DNA from: Octopus sinensis
Lineage: Eukaryota
Direction of reading: 5' to 3'
Assembly: GCF_006345805.1 (NCBI RefSeq)
Contig: NC_043002.1
Span: 84,630,001 to 84,694,000, forward strand
DNA length: 64,000 nt
Position numbers and translations under genes: made by a program. How positions within the stretch are numbered: the stretch's first letter is position 1; the number at the start of each line of letters is the position of its first letter. The notes under the pieces were generated by a model that was given only the letters and a program-made list of their open reading frames with translations, had not been told where the DNA came from and searched no databases. This document shows, one piece after another, positions 11,431 to 23,689 of the stretch.

Positions 11431-12364
11431 TCTGTTCTGAATATATCGTTTTTAATATTTGCGTGGCTACTATTCTAAGGTCCTTGTAGTAGTTTCATTT
11501 GTGGTGGAGGCATTCAAAAAGGGTTTATATTTTGCGATAAAATGTGACTCTTTGCTAATGCGCTAATTATAGGTTGCATCGTCCCTGAATTTATAGAAGG
11601 GAAAAATTCTGATGGTGGGTTGTTCGTTAGTGGTGCAAATGTCGATGTGTTCGCTGAGTGCTATTTTTCTGTATTCTCAAATTTTAATTTGGGATCTATG
11701 TAGTGTCATCCTTTGGCGCAGACTGTTTTTGGTTTGGCCTATGTAGTGCTCTCGACACCCCGAGGAAGTTAATATATATATTAGGTTTTCCGAAGCACAT
11801 GTGAAGTTGTTTTTCACTGTAAAACGTCGACCCTGTTTGAAACGGAACTCCGATACACACACACACACATGTATGTATATATATATATATATATATATAT
11901 GAATCGAGTATACACACACACAAATGTATATACACTCAGTTAATATATGTATATACCACACGCATGCATATAGGTTAGCGAACAGTGAAAGGGACATTAT
12001 CATGATGTGCAAAGCGCTAAGTTATTTTGAAAAGCTCACAGTTAAAATTTACTTATGAATAAATGCAAATATGCTGTTCACAATGTATTTCAGCACCGCA
12101 TGTCCATACGCAGAGATATATACACAAATGTATACGCATATAGATCTTCACTCAACTACACTCACACAGACCTAAATACTCACATAAGTCTATGTGTTTA
12201 CAACTCTACACAGACATGTGAACTCGTAAACACATAACGAAATGTATATATGCATGTATGTATGTATGTGTGTATGTATGCATGTATGTATGTATGTATG
12301 TATGTATGTATGTATGTATGTATGTATGTTTGTATTTATGTATGTATGTATGTATGTATGTATG

Positions 12365-13363
12365 TTCTTTTCTGTTTTTAATTAGCTAAATTCTTCCTTT
12401 GAAGAAGGAACTGGTTTCTAACAAAGGTACAAAGCTTTGGATTGTAGATAACGACAGCATTGTCACATTTTAAGCCTGAGAAAAGTCTCGCATAGTTTTA
12501 TTGTTCTGCTTACAGATTGTATTTCTAATTTTCAAGTCAGTCGGTTGATTTCTTTTTCTGAGAATCGACGCTTATCCAGACTGAGAGTTAGGCATTTACT
12601 TACAAAACCAAGTGCACAAATTATTATTAATATCAATGCAAATTTGTAATCCAGATATAGAAGATGGAGGTTTCGGAGCAGTTGCCCATAGTTATCTTCT
12701 TTCTCTTTGATTTCCAAAGAGATATTAACAACAGAACAGCTTACCTCTGTGACGTCACATACTTTTTCTTGTGCGGCGAGCTGGCAGAAACGTTAGCGCG
12801 CCGGGCGAAATGCGTAGCTGTATTTCGTCTGCCGTTACGTTCTGGGTTCAAATTCCGCCGAGGTCGACTTTGCCTTTCATCCTTTCGGGGTCGATAAATT
12901 AAGTACCAGTTACGCACTGGGGTCGATGTAATCGACTTAACCCGTTTGTCTGTCCTCTCTGTGTTTAGCCCCTTGTGGGTAGTAAAGAAATACACACTTT
13001 TTCTTGTGTGTCTCAAACAGCAGTATCTGACCTGCTATATTTACGCTTGACAGATGTTTTGATAGGAATGTTCCACCAGTATTCCTTGTGCTGGTATTTG
13101 TGTACATATTCAATAACAGGGGAATTCTCTTTATTTATTTCAGGAAGTATTTTCTCCGGATTACATTATACATTGTTTTTGCGACATTATCTCGCGTAAG
13201 GAGGTAATACCTTGATGACATTTTTGGGCAGCTGCTAATCACATGTGTGATGTCCTCCACAGAAATATGACATAATTTACATTTTCGGTTACTTCTTGGA
13301 GATTCAAGACCTTCACTATCTCTTTTGTTTATTAGGTATTTAGTAGCTAATAAACAAGAGGCC
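12365..13363 (-). mobile_element. 5'-truncated RLE-type (R4-like) LINE flanked on both sides by (TACA)n
   Basis: Minus strand gives CKLCHISVEDITHVISSC (CCHC knuckle), KEYWWNIPIK, VCDVTEVSCS..EKEDNYGQLLRNL..IICALGFV (RLE). (TATG)n tracts at 12252-12364 and 13364-13500 abut both ends. Confidence 0.85.
12774..12995 (+). mobile_element. SINE family A, full length, inserted in the RLE LINE
   Basis: TSD actttttcttgtg at 12761-12773 and 12996-13008. A-box-like tggcagaaacgttag and B box gggttcaaattcc. Confidence 0.93.
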
Positions 13364-13574
13364 GTATGTATGTATGTATGTATGTATGTATGTATGTATG
13401 TATGTATGTATGTATGTATGTATGTATGTATGCATGCATGTATGTATGTATGTATGTATGTGTATGTATGTATGTGTGTGTGTGCGTATGTATGTATGTA
13501 TGTGTATATGTGTGTGTGTGTATGTATATATGTATGTATGTATCTATCTATCTATCTATTGACAGCTGTTTTCG

Positions 13575-13724
13575 CGTTTACCGAGTATGACCGTCATCTA
13601 CCAAATTCACTCACAAGACTTTAGTCAGCACGAGGCCATAGTAGTATCCCAAGGTGCCGCACAGTTGGACTGAACCAGAAACCATGTGGTTGGGAAACAA
13701 ACTTACTATCACACAACCACGCCT
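13575..13724 (-). mobile_element. SINE family C, 5' part (diverged)
   Basis: Reverse complement of aggcgtggttgtgtgatagtaag..ggtttctggttcagtccaactgtgcggcaccttggg. Confidence 0.8.
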
Positions 13725-13725
13725 A

Positions 13726-14460
13726 ATAATAGAATATCCCCGAATAACAGAATATATTTCGACGTGTACGACATGTAGCAAAGAACTTTGTGGATAGAAG
13801 TACGAAAGTTATTCAACAGTTATTGAAATCTTGGGTATTAATATATTGAATGTCACGAACTTAAATTGGACTAACATTCAGAAGAGGTGTTTAGGATGTG
13901 CTTTTAGCAGTTTGAAGGAGGGAACTATATAAGTGGTAAATAATCCGAAAGTAACTGAGTATTTTGTAGGTACATCTACCCTTGATATAATTTTCAGGCT
14001 GAATCTGCAGGACACGATATATGACAAGGCCGGACCTTTGAATTTCAGGTGCAATCTGTCTATTGGACTTCTGCATAGTTTCTGTCAAACTAAGGTTGAT
14101 CCAGACAGTTATGTTAGAAATTACGCGATGAAATTGAACTCGGGACGTGTTGATAGCGAAGCGAACTTAACCACTCGGCTTTGCCTGAAGATTTAGATTT
14201 GGGCAACTAAAAAGGAAATTAAAGAAAATGTTAAATTCGTTATAACAATAACGACAGCAGTAATGGGAACCTCTACGCAATCTTTCGACATGCTAGGAAT
14301 CGGAGACGAATTCGCTCGAATCACAACCTACCGTCTTGGAAAAAGGGAGGAGACATTGGTTAATATAGTCGTAAATGCAGCAAAAGAACTGTTCATTGGG
14401 ACAGGAATAACTTTGACTGTTGTATTGCTCAACCAGGACGGATTAAGGGTTAAACACTAA
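13726..14460 (+). pseudogene. Degraded reading frame of unknown identity (~245 codons, 3 internal stops, no frameshift)
   Basis: Track ORFs 13933-14196 and 14263-14460 are in the same frame, which extends upstream to ~13726 with only three internal stops. The sequence is complex and non-repetitive. No recognised motif. Confidence 0.45.
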
Positions 14461-14964
14461 TAACAGCGGCAACAATAGTAACAAGAACAGCAACAACTAA
14501 ACCACCATCATCAACACCAGCACCATCACCACCACCACCACCAACAGCAACAACAGCAACAACGACAACAACACAGCAATAACAAAAAGCAATTACAAAA
14601 AGTAACAGAAAGGGAATTATATAAAAAAGAATGTAGCAGGAAGAGCAGATGATGTTGAATCCACAGAAGAAAGAAAAGGTAAAAAGAGTTAAGAAGTCGA
14701 TGGAAAAATAAAAGTATAAATAAAGGGCAAGTGTGTGTGTGTGTGTGTGTGGTGTGTGTGTGTGTGTGTGTATTTTTGTAAAAGTGCGTAAATGGATGAA
14801 GTGTGGATGAAATGAAGAAGTGAAAAATGTCGAAAGGAAATTAATCTAAAGGTGAACTGGAATAATAATAAAAATATCGAAAAGAAAAACTATACAAAGC
14901 ACAACAACAACAACAACAACAACAGCAACACAACAACAACAACAGCAACAACAACAACAACAAC

Positions 14965-15021
<57 letters not shown>

Positions 15022-15411
15022 GACAACTGAAGGCGGAACGAAATGAAAGAAAAAAAATTAAAAGTGAAGCGAAACGAAAATGAGATGAAAATAAAAAAAA
15101 TAAACTCGCATAAACAACAACGTAACAAGAAAAATAATAGCGATAATAAAAATAAAAATGATAATAATAGATTTTAAAAAATAGAAAATTAAAAACACAC
15201 TATGATTTGCTGCAGAAAATTAATTCTAAGATCATTGCACAAATAAACAAATACTAGAGGGGATGAATTAATTAAAACTATATCTGGAAATTACTAAAAG
15301 CCTGTGGCGTCGCGTGCCGTCGTTTATTTAGCTGTATTGGTTTAGCCCACCTTATATTATTTATATTGTAATTTTTTTTGTGGGCCTTTTATTCGTTTAT
15401 TTTCCCCTCTC

Positions 15412-15476
<65 letters not shown>

Positions 15477-15827
15477 TACATACATACATTTATACATATA
15501 TATATATATGTTATATATATATATATATATATACACATATATATTTTGTTAAATTTGCTGTTCAATTTGAAATAGGTTCTTGCTTTGTTTTGGTGATGCT
15601 TTTTTTTGTATTGGTTTCTGTTACATTTTGTAATTTATTTTATTCAATTTGTATTATTAATTCTTCGAAATAATCACCTTATACGCTCCATACATAGTTT
15701 CCTTAAACCACACCCTCCCCCTCCTCGCTACCACTTCAACAACCAACAAGAACCATTTCAGATTCTGCAAATGACTTTATTAGAATCTTATATATATTTT
15801 TTTGTTTTCATTTTTGTTATTGTTTAC

Positions 15828-15880
<53 letters not shown>

Positions 15881-16039
15881 GTCTTTTTGTATAAAATTTG
15901 TGGTAACTATCAAATTTTACATTTTCTAATTTATTTCTGTAATTCTGCATCTGTTGGAGGCTTTGATAAGATGAGTAAGTACATGTATGTATGTGTGTGT
16001 AAGGGTGTATATGTCTATGTGGGCGCGCGCATACGTATA

Positions 16040-16860
<821 letters not shown>

Positions 16861-17374
16861 GTTTATGTGTTCCCATGTATAATTGTATGTACGTACATGC
16901 ATGTATGTAAGTATGTATGCATAATGCACATATGTAAGTATGCATGCATGTTTGCGTGCGTGTGAAAGTCATTGTTTTGTGTTTATTGTAAAATAGGTTT
17001 TAAAAGGGAAACGATTTTATTACGGAATAAATAAAATACGCGTAGGAATCTCCGCCTTTTTCACGATCATGATTCACCTCCCTCCCCTTCTTTGCTCTCC
17101 GTATTAGTGTTTCTCTCTCTTTTTTCTCTTTCCTCTGTGTCTCCCCTTCCTTACTCTCTCACATCCTTCTTCTCTCACTTCTTCCCTCACTTCTTCCCTT
17201 TCACTCTGTCTTTGCCTCTACCACCCCTCTCTCTGTTTCTCTCTTTGTCCACCCCCTCTCTGATTCACACTCAACATTATGATAGATAATTACAAAGAAA
17301 AAGCCGCAGAACCTATCGCTGAACGCTGCGTGTGAATCCCATAATCCAGTTGGAGTTATCCATCTTAATATTGT

Positions 17375-17882
17375 TATGACCTCCTTCGGTCATGAATGAC
17401 CATGGGATTGCACTTCGAAAGTTATACTCCGAGGCACAAGTCTGGGCAAAGTTGTTTATGAAAGACCAGCAGTCGCCCACGTATACCAGCCTACCCTCTC
17501 CACGCCACCGATGTTATCCAAGGGAAAAGCAAAGGTCGATACAGCTTGGAACCAGTGACGTCGCAGCTCATTTATTAACGTGCAAGTGGCTGAGCACTCC
17601 ACAGACATGTGTACCCTTAACGTAGTTCTCGGGAAGATTCAGCGTGACACAGAGTGTGATAAGGCTGGCCCTTTGAAATACAGGTACAACAGAAACAGGA
17701 AGAAAGAGTGAGAGAAAGTTGTGGCGTAAGAGTACAGCAGGGATCACCACCCCCTGCCGGAGCCTCGTGGCGCTTCAGGTGTTTTCGCTCAATAAACACT
17801 CACAATGTTCAGTCTGGGAATCGAAACCGCGAGCCTACGACCGCGAGTCCGCTGTCCTAACCACTGGGCTATTGTGCCGCCA
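17375..17882 (-). mobile_element. Chimeric SINE: family B head plus partial tail ii plus a different tail (type v), single TSD
   Basis: TSD catcttaatattgt at 17361-17374 and 17883-17896. The junction near 17574 reads ..cacgttaat|aaatgagctgcgacgtcactgg.. on the minus strand. Confidence 0.88.
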
Positions 17883-17925
17883 CATCTTAATATTGTGGAA
17901 CGGTTGGACATAAGAATCACTTGCA

Positions 17926-18146
17926 CAAAGAGGTGCTGCTGAAAAGTTCTTGGCTGTGGGTAAAAGAAAATGCAGGAGGATCAGTTAATTATGATTTTAA
18001 TTAACATATTCCCTCTCAGATTCACACACTTATTGAAGCGGGCCTTAATTTTTTCCAAGCCCTGTAAAAGAACTTGGAAGGTTGGACCTCCATCCAGGCA
18101 TTTCGTGACACCCTTAAAGCCAAGAACTTTTCAGCACCCCCTCATA
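17926..18146. mobile_element. Mariner-type MITE (~220 bp)
   Basis: TIRs gaggtgctgctgaaaagttcttggct and agccaagaacttttcagcaccccctc, followed by TA on the right. Confidence 0.8.
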
Positions 18147-19330
18147 CAGTCCAGAAAGAAAGACATTGATAGAAATAGAGAGAAGATCCGACCCCAATAA
18201 TAGACTACAACAACAGACATCTTCGTATATCACATGGGCCCATAATCCCAAGGGCCCATGATCCCAAGTCTGACATGCGCTTCCTTAAACTGCCCTATTT
18301 CGATGACAGAACCAATGGTGCTATACAATATACAATCTGCGGGAAGGGATTCAACATACAGATGGTACACACCTGCCCATTCCTGAGGAAATTTCTGTCT
18401 AACAATAATACCACAGATAGCACTGTGGGCTGCACGATATCCAGTTGCCCCATCGACGACTTCAAAATATGCTCAAGGGCCTATCGGATATTTTCGGTTT
18501 GAACGGCAGTTTTTTCTAGCGGTGTCATATGAAATTGTCACCCATAATTATAACTCTAGTATCGATCTATTGCATTTCTATCTGTTTTAGGGTTAGGGTT
18601 AGGGTTAGGGTTAGGGGTATCTGTTTTTCTTCACAAATGTAAATAAACCCAATCTGTTTCTTAAACGAAGGACATATTCATACGGCACAGAATGTTTTTT
18701 TTACCTCAATAGACGTCAGTGATTGGTCGAAATTGCAGAAATTGAAGAAAAAACAACAAATATCTTACAATTTCTCAATAAAGCCAAGAGAGAAAGATGT
18801 TTTATAAATACATTCTACCAGTATACGAAGTTTAAAATTTTTTTTAGTTCCCTAGAAATTATGTTAAAAACTGCCGTTCAAACCGAGAAGATCCGGCCTA
18901 TCTAGTATACGAGGCAGTCTACAGAAAATGTGGGACTTTCTACATTGGAAGCATCACCAGGAAATTGTACATTCGAATCAAAGAACATATGCATACAAAC
19001 GCTTCAATTAAAAAACACCTAAAGAAGTGCCAGACCCATAATTTCAAGGTATCAATGAGGGCCACTCAACGAAGCTGAGACAATTTCAGAATCATGGAAG
19101 CCCTCCTTATCAACAAACTCAGACTAGCTATAAACAACAGAAAAGAATTACATGAAATAGATTGGTTACTATAAAAACACCGGTCTGCGCATGCCACCTT
19201 CTTCCCCAACACATCTGAGCAACGACCTTTTCCATCCCTCGCTTTTCCACTTGTCCTGAAGAAGGGGTCATAGCTAGAAATATAAGGTAACAACTTTAAC
19301 TTTGTTTTGTTTTATTTTTTTGTAGTTTAA
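18147..19330 (+). mobile_element. Penelope-like element 3' end (linker plus GIY-YIG), interrupted by a MITE
   Basis: Removing 18485-18895 and one TSD copy restores ..KICSRAYLVYEAVYRKCGTFYIGSITRKLYIRIKEH..RIMEALLINKLRLAINNRKEL..* (stop at 19172-19174). Confidence 0.8.
18485..18895. mobile_element. 411-bp MITE with ~25-bp TIRs, 6-bp TSD and internal (TTAGGG)5
   Basis: TIRs cggatattttcggtttgaacggcag and ctgccgttcaaaccgagaagatccg. TSD gcctat at 18479-18484 and 18896-18901. TTAGGG x5 at 18587-18616. Confidence 0.9.
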
Positions 19331-19361
19331 TCTTGTTCCCGCCTTAGCCAACAAGTCTCTT

Positions 19362-19436
<75 letters not shown>

Positions 19437-19462
19437 CATACATATATGTATTATATATATAT

Positions 19463-20712
19463 ATTAGCAGAGATACCCGGCGTTGCTCAAGAGTGAAATC
19501 AAGGTTCGAGTCGAGTACTCCCTTGCACGCTCCGTTGACTCGAATCTTGCTTTAGATACTTGATACCTTTCATAGTCGCACCAAGACACTTTTCGATGGT
19601 GCTTTCCTCCAGGTGTTCAAATCTCTTTTTTTCTCTACATTGTATACTTTATAGACAATAGTCTTTTCTTTAATTTAATTTTTTATTTCGTTTGGTGGTG
19701 TTATCCTAGAGTCACAGTCTTTGTCGGTGATCATTCCGAAATAGGTTTGTATTTCTTCCATTTTAATTTTAATGAGTTCGCGCCCGCCGACGGCTGCAGC
19801 GAAATTCATTTTTGGACTTTCTTCTATCGAAGACATTTTAACAAAAATGCTTCCGTATAAACGGTGAAAATATTATCAATTTCCCCAAACAGGGACACAA
19901 TTCAATTCTTAAACAATAACCAAAGCTCCTTCTCCCAAAGGGGGAGGGTTACGGTTTACAATTATTTAACAAATGTAACACAACAACGCTTCCCTTACGA
20001 GAAACCAACAAACGTGATAATAATAGTTAAACAGTAATAATAATATCAAGAAACCTTACGGTGAATCAAAAAGCAGTACTCAGTAGATAATAAATATACC
20101 AAAAGCAGTACTCAGTAGAAGCGTATGTTCCAGAGAACAGACATTACATACAGCCAAACTTCATATAGATACTTAATGCTAGCTAATTAGCAGATAATCT
20201 AATTTAAAAGCTGTGGTAAAGTGTATGTGTTCAGCTCCATCTGGACTATTCCATTTCTGCACTTTAATTTTATTTTTAATTTATTCCCATTCATGTGAAA
20301 CCACTTATTCAAGTTCAAGTCATTGATGCAATTTTATACCAATTGCTATTTTTACCTTTAATTGTTATATTACGATTTAATTATTATATTATACTTTAGT
20401 TTGATTTTAATTATTACTTACTACATATAATTAAATTGTTATTATTATCTCTAATTTTTATTGTTAAAGTGAAAGTATCGGACATTACAATAGGGAGATG
20501 TTTTTGTTTCCCTTTCAACACGTAATACTGAAATAGGAATATATGATATTGCTATGGGCTCGCCCTAGGCAAGAAGTTAAAATCTTTTTGCCCATGACAC
20601 TCCATGGACCTTAAGTAAGGCATGTTTAAAATTTGAATGAAATTGGTTGAGTAGTTCTCAAGTTTTAGGGATTCACACAGACAGACACACACACATTCTC
20701 AGTTTTATATAT
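19463..20712 (-). mobile_element. Non-autonomous Helitron carrying a Tx1-type ORF1 N-terminal fragment
   Basis: Minus-strand 5' end tatatataaaactgagaatg and 3' end ..gcaacgccgggtatctctgCTAA|T. The internal translation MNFAAAVGG..KTIVYKVYNVEK..EKCLG is similar to ORF1 at 57379. Confidence 0.7.
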
Positions 20713-20714
20713 AT

Positions 20715-21745
20715 ACTAGCATTATGACCCGTCGTTGCCGGGTCATAGTGCTAGTGCATGTATATATATGTATATATATGTGTACATATTACATGTACAT
20801 CTATATATATACATCTACACATAAAATACAAAATACAAAGTTATATCTTGATATCGCTAGTGATAACAATACTCAAAATATATAACAGACTGGAATTGTA
20901 AGCCCGTCTCTTGCAATTTCGATCAATTGTATCTTGTCCTCCCTCTTGTATAGAAGTGTGACTACAATCCAGCCTACCTCTACTGCTGGGGGGGGGGGGG
21001 GCATTTAAATTTTTATCCGGGACGTCCTACGTCCCAGATACAAAGGTAAAAATAAAATATTTCCACTTTGCAAGTTCGAGTCGAGTACTCCCTTGCACGC
21101 TCCGTTGACTCGAACCTTGCTTCTATTGTGGCGAATTTACCGCCTCTGGTTAGATATCTTTCATAGTCGCACCAAGACACTTTTCGATGGTGCTTTCCTC
21201 CAGGTGTTCAAATCTTTTTTCTCTACATTGTATACTTTATAGACAATAGTCTTTTCTTTAATTTAATTTTTTATTATCCATCTGGACTATTCCATTTTTG
21301 CACGCTAATCTTATTTTTAATTTATTCCCATTCATGTGAAACCACTTATTCTAGTTCAAGTCATTGATGCAATTTTATACCAATTGCTATTTTTACTTTT
21401 GTTATGTTACGATTACATTATACTTTACTTTGATTTTTATTATTCCTTACTACATATAATTCAATTGTTATTATTATCTCTAATTTTTATAGTTAAAGTG
21501 AAAGTATCTGACATAAAATAGAGAAATGTTTTTGTTTCACTTTTAACACGTAATACTGAAATAGTGGAGAAGATATGATATTGCTATGGGCTCGCTCTAG
21601 GCAAGAGGTTGAACATTTTTTTTGCCCATGAAACTACATGGACCCTAAGTAAGGCATGTGTAAAATTTGAATGAAATTGGTTGTGTAGTTCTCAAGTTTT
21701 AGGGAAGCACACAGACAGACAGACACACATTCTCAGTTTTATATA
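20715..21745 (-). mobile_element. Second non-autonomous Helitron, head-to-tail with the first, also carrying a Tx1-type ORF1 fragment
   Basis: Shares its ~470-bp 5' region with 20236-20712. The 3' end is a 17-bp inverted repeat (20715-20755) ending CTAG|T. Encodes KTIVYKVYNVEK..FATIEARFES..LFLPLYLGRRTSRI. Confidence 0.72.
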
Positions 21746-21784
21746 TATATATTATATATATATATATATATATATCCTATATAT

Positions 21785-23680
21785 AGAGGGGTCCGGTTTT
21801 CGTTCGTTTTCATCGATCACCTGTCCTAAGTACATTTTTTTTGTCAAGAAAAATTCACATTTATCCTCCCTTACTTTAAACCCGTAATCGCATTTGTTTG
21901 AAAACCTCTTCTATATGTTCAATATGTTGGTCCTTCAATTCACTTTTGATCAATATGTCATCCAAGTATGGGACCGCGAACTCACAATGTGCTAGCATAG
22001 TGTCCATCACTTGCTGAAATATTGCTGGTGCGACCTTTACCCCAAATGGCAGTCTTTTGAAACGGTACAGACCTTTATGAGTATTGATTGTTAATACTTT
22101 AGCACATTCTTCATCTACCAGTACTGATAAATCCAGCTTGGAAAAATTTTCCCACCATTGCATTTAGCAAATATTTCTTCTGGGTTTGGAAGCGGATAAT
22201 TGTAATTTTTTAAACAATCATTAAGACCAGTTGAGAAGTCCGCACATACCCTTATCTCGTTGTTCTTCTTTTATATATATACAATAGGAGCCGCCTACTC
22301 AGAGTAGTCTACTTTTTCAATTACTTCCATGTCTTCCAATTTTTTAAATTCCTTCTCAACTTGACTTAACGCCGCAAAAGGTACATTCCTTTTCGGTTTG
22401 AACACCGGCACCGCATTTTCTTTCAACTCAATTTTTTTAATTATTTTTGCGCCCTTTTCAAGCCTAGCCAGGCTTATGGGCCCGATTTCCCGGTTTCTTT
22501 GGCGTATGTGTTCACCCCAGCTGGACGGGACGCCAGTCCATCGCAGCGTTACTCAAGAAACAGGAAGAAAGAGTGAAGAAAAGTTGGAGTGAAAGAGTAC
22601 AACAGGGGCGCCACCACTCCCTGCCAGAGCCTCGTGGAGCTTTAGGTGTTTTGCTCAATAAACACACACAACGCCCGGTCTGAGAATCGAAACCGCGCCT
22701 CCACTCTTTCAACTCACACTTTACTTTAATTTTTTTACACATACCGAGCTCTTTCGAAAAAATATCAGGGTACATCTTTTTCAACTTTAATTTCATTTTT
22801 TCCGGTGCTTTCTCTGACACGGACTGGGACGCATTCACCTTGTTACATAATGCATTCAGTGATAGATCCCACAGGTCGAATCCTTCCATTAAATCTGTCC
22901 TGAACAGATTCATTGTATTCTTAGATACCATTAGTTTAAATTTCCGCGTCCTGTTTTTAAGTTTTATTTCTGGTGAAATTTCGCCCAAGAATTGAACTCG
23001 TTCCCCTGACACACCGTCGGCTATCCTAGTAGTTATTTTATACAACGGCCTGCCTATCTTACTCCATGTTGCCGTATTTATTATCAATACGTCTGAATCG
23101 GTATCTAATTGCATTTTGGTCTGAAACCCATTTATTTCTACCAACACAAATTTTTGGTTTTGTCTGGTATTTTTGTTGAGTAGACTTTCTTCTGTTTTAC
23201 CATTTTCTTTGACCGGCATTTCGTCTGTATATGTCCAATTTTACCACACTTAAAACAGGTTTTATCTTTATAGGGACTATCTTTCCTCAAATGTCGATCT
23301 CCGCAACCATAGCACCGTTTTGAATTTAAATTTTTCCTTCTTTTTGTACTTTCATTACACATTTGTTCATTATCATTTTTGTCTTCGATCTTTCTTGTAT
23401 CATCTCGAAGGTTTATTATTTTTTGGCATTCCTCAGCCACTTTCTGTAAAGTGAGTTTCACATCTTAATTCAACTTTGATAATATTCTTTTTCTAATTTC
23501 AGCATCTTCCGTTGCCACTAGCCCTTTAACGAATATTAGGCACTTGAACATATCTGGCGTTAATTCTTCCAGCTTAAACCTTTCGTAAGCCTTATTAACC
23601 ATACCGGCATATGTTACAAAATCATCGGACTCGTTTTTCTTTAAATTTAAACATTCCCATCAAATGTTAAACTGCGAACT
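21785..23680 (-). mobile_element. Gypsy LTR retrotransposon relic (K02A2.6-like gag-protease-RT)
   Basis: gag: DDFVTYAGMVNKAYERFKLEEL..FKCLIFVKGL and CFKCGKIGHIQTKC. Protease: MQLDTDSD. RT: VRVCADFS-type IRVCADFSTGLN, LYRFKRLPFGVKVAPAIFQQVMD, YLDDILI. No LTR seen. Confidence 0.9.
22431..22704 (-). mobile_element. SINE family B, tail type iii, inserted in Gypsy pol
   Basis: TSD tctttcaactca at 22419-22430 and 22705-22716. The head has an internal deletion. The tail reads tgagtaacgctgcgatggactggcgtcccgtccagctgggg..gaaaccggga. Confidence 0.9.
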
Positions 23681-23689
23681 TTTCTCGCT

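Larger units (their letters stand above)
9070..11850 (-). mobile_element. Penelope-like element 3' end (GIY-YIG plus pseudo-LTR), interrupted by a SINE and a long purine repeat
   Basis: 11850..11480 reads FTCASENLIYILTSSGCREHYIGQTKNSLRQRMTLHRSQIKI*EYRKIALSEHIDIC..IFPFYKF..ESHFIAKYKPFLN (GIY-YIG). The terminal region at 9070-9420 shares its end motif with 2200-2230. Treating 9070-11850 as one element across the repeat is an inference. Confidence 0.75.

Noticed and set aside
18587-18616. Telomere
   Set aside because: Only five hexamers, and they are internal to a TIR element.
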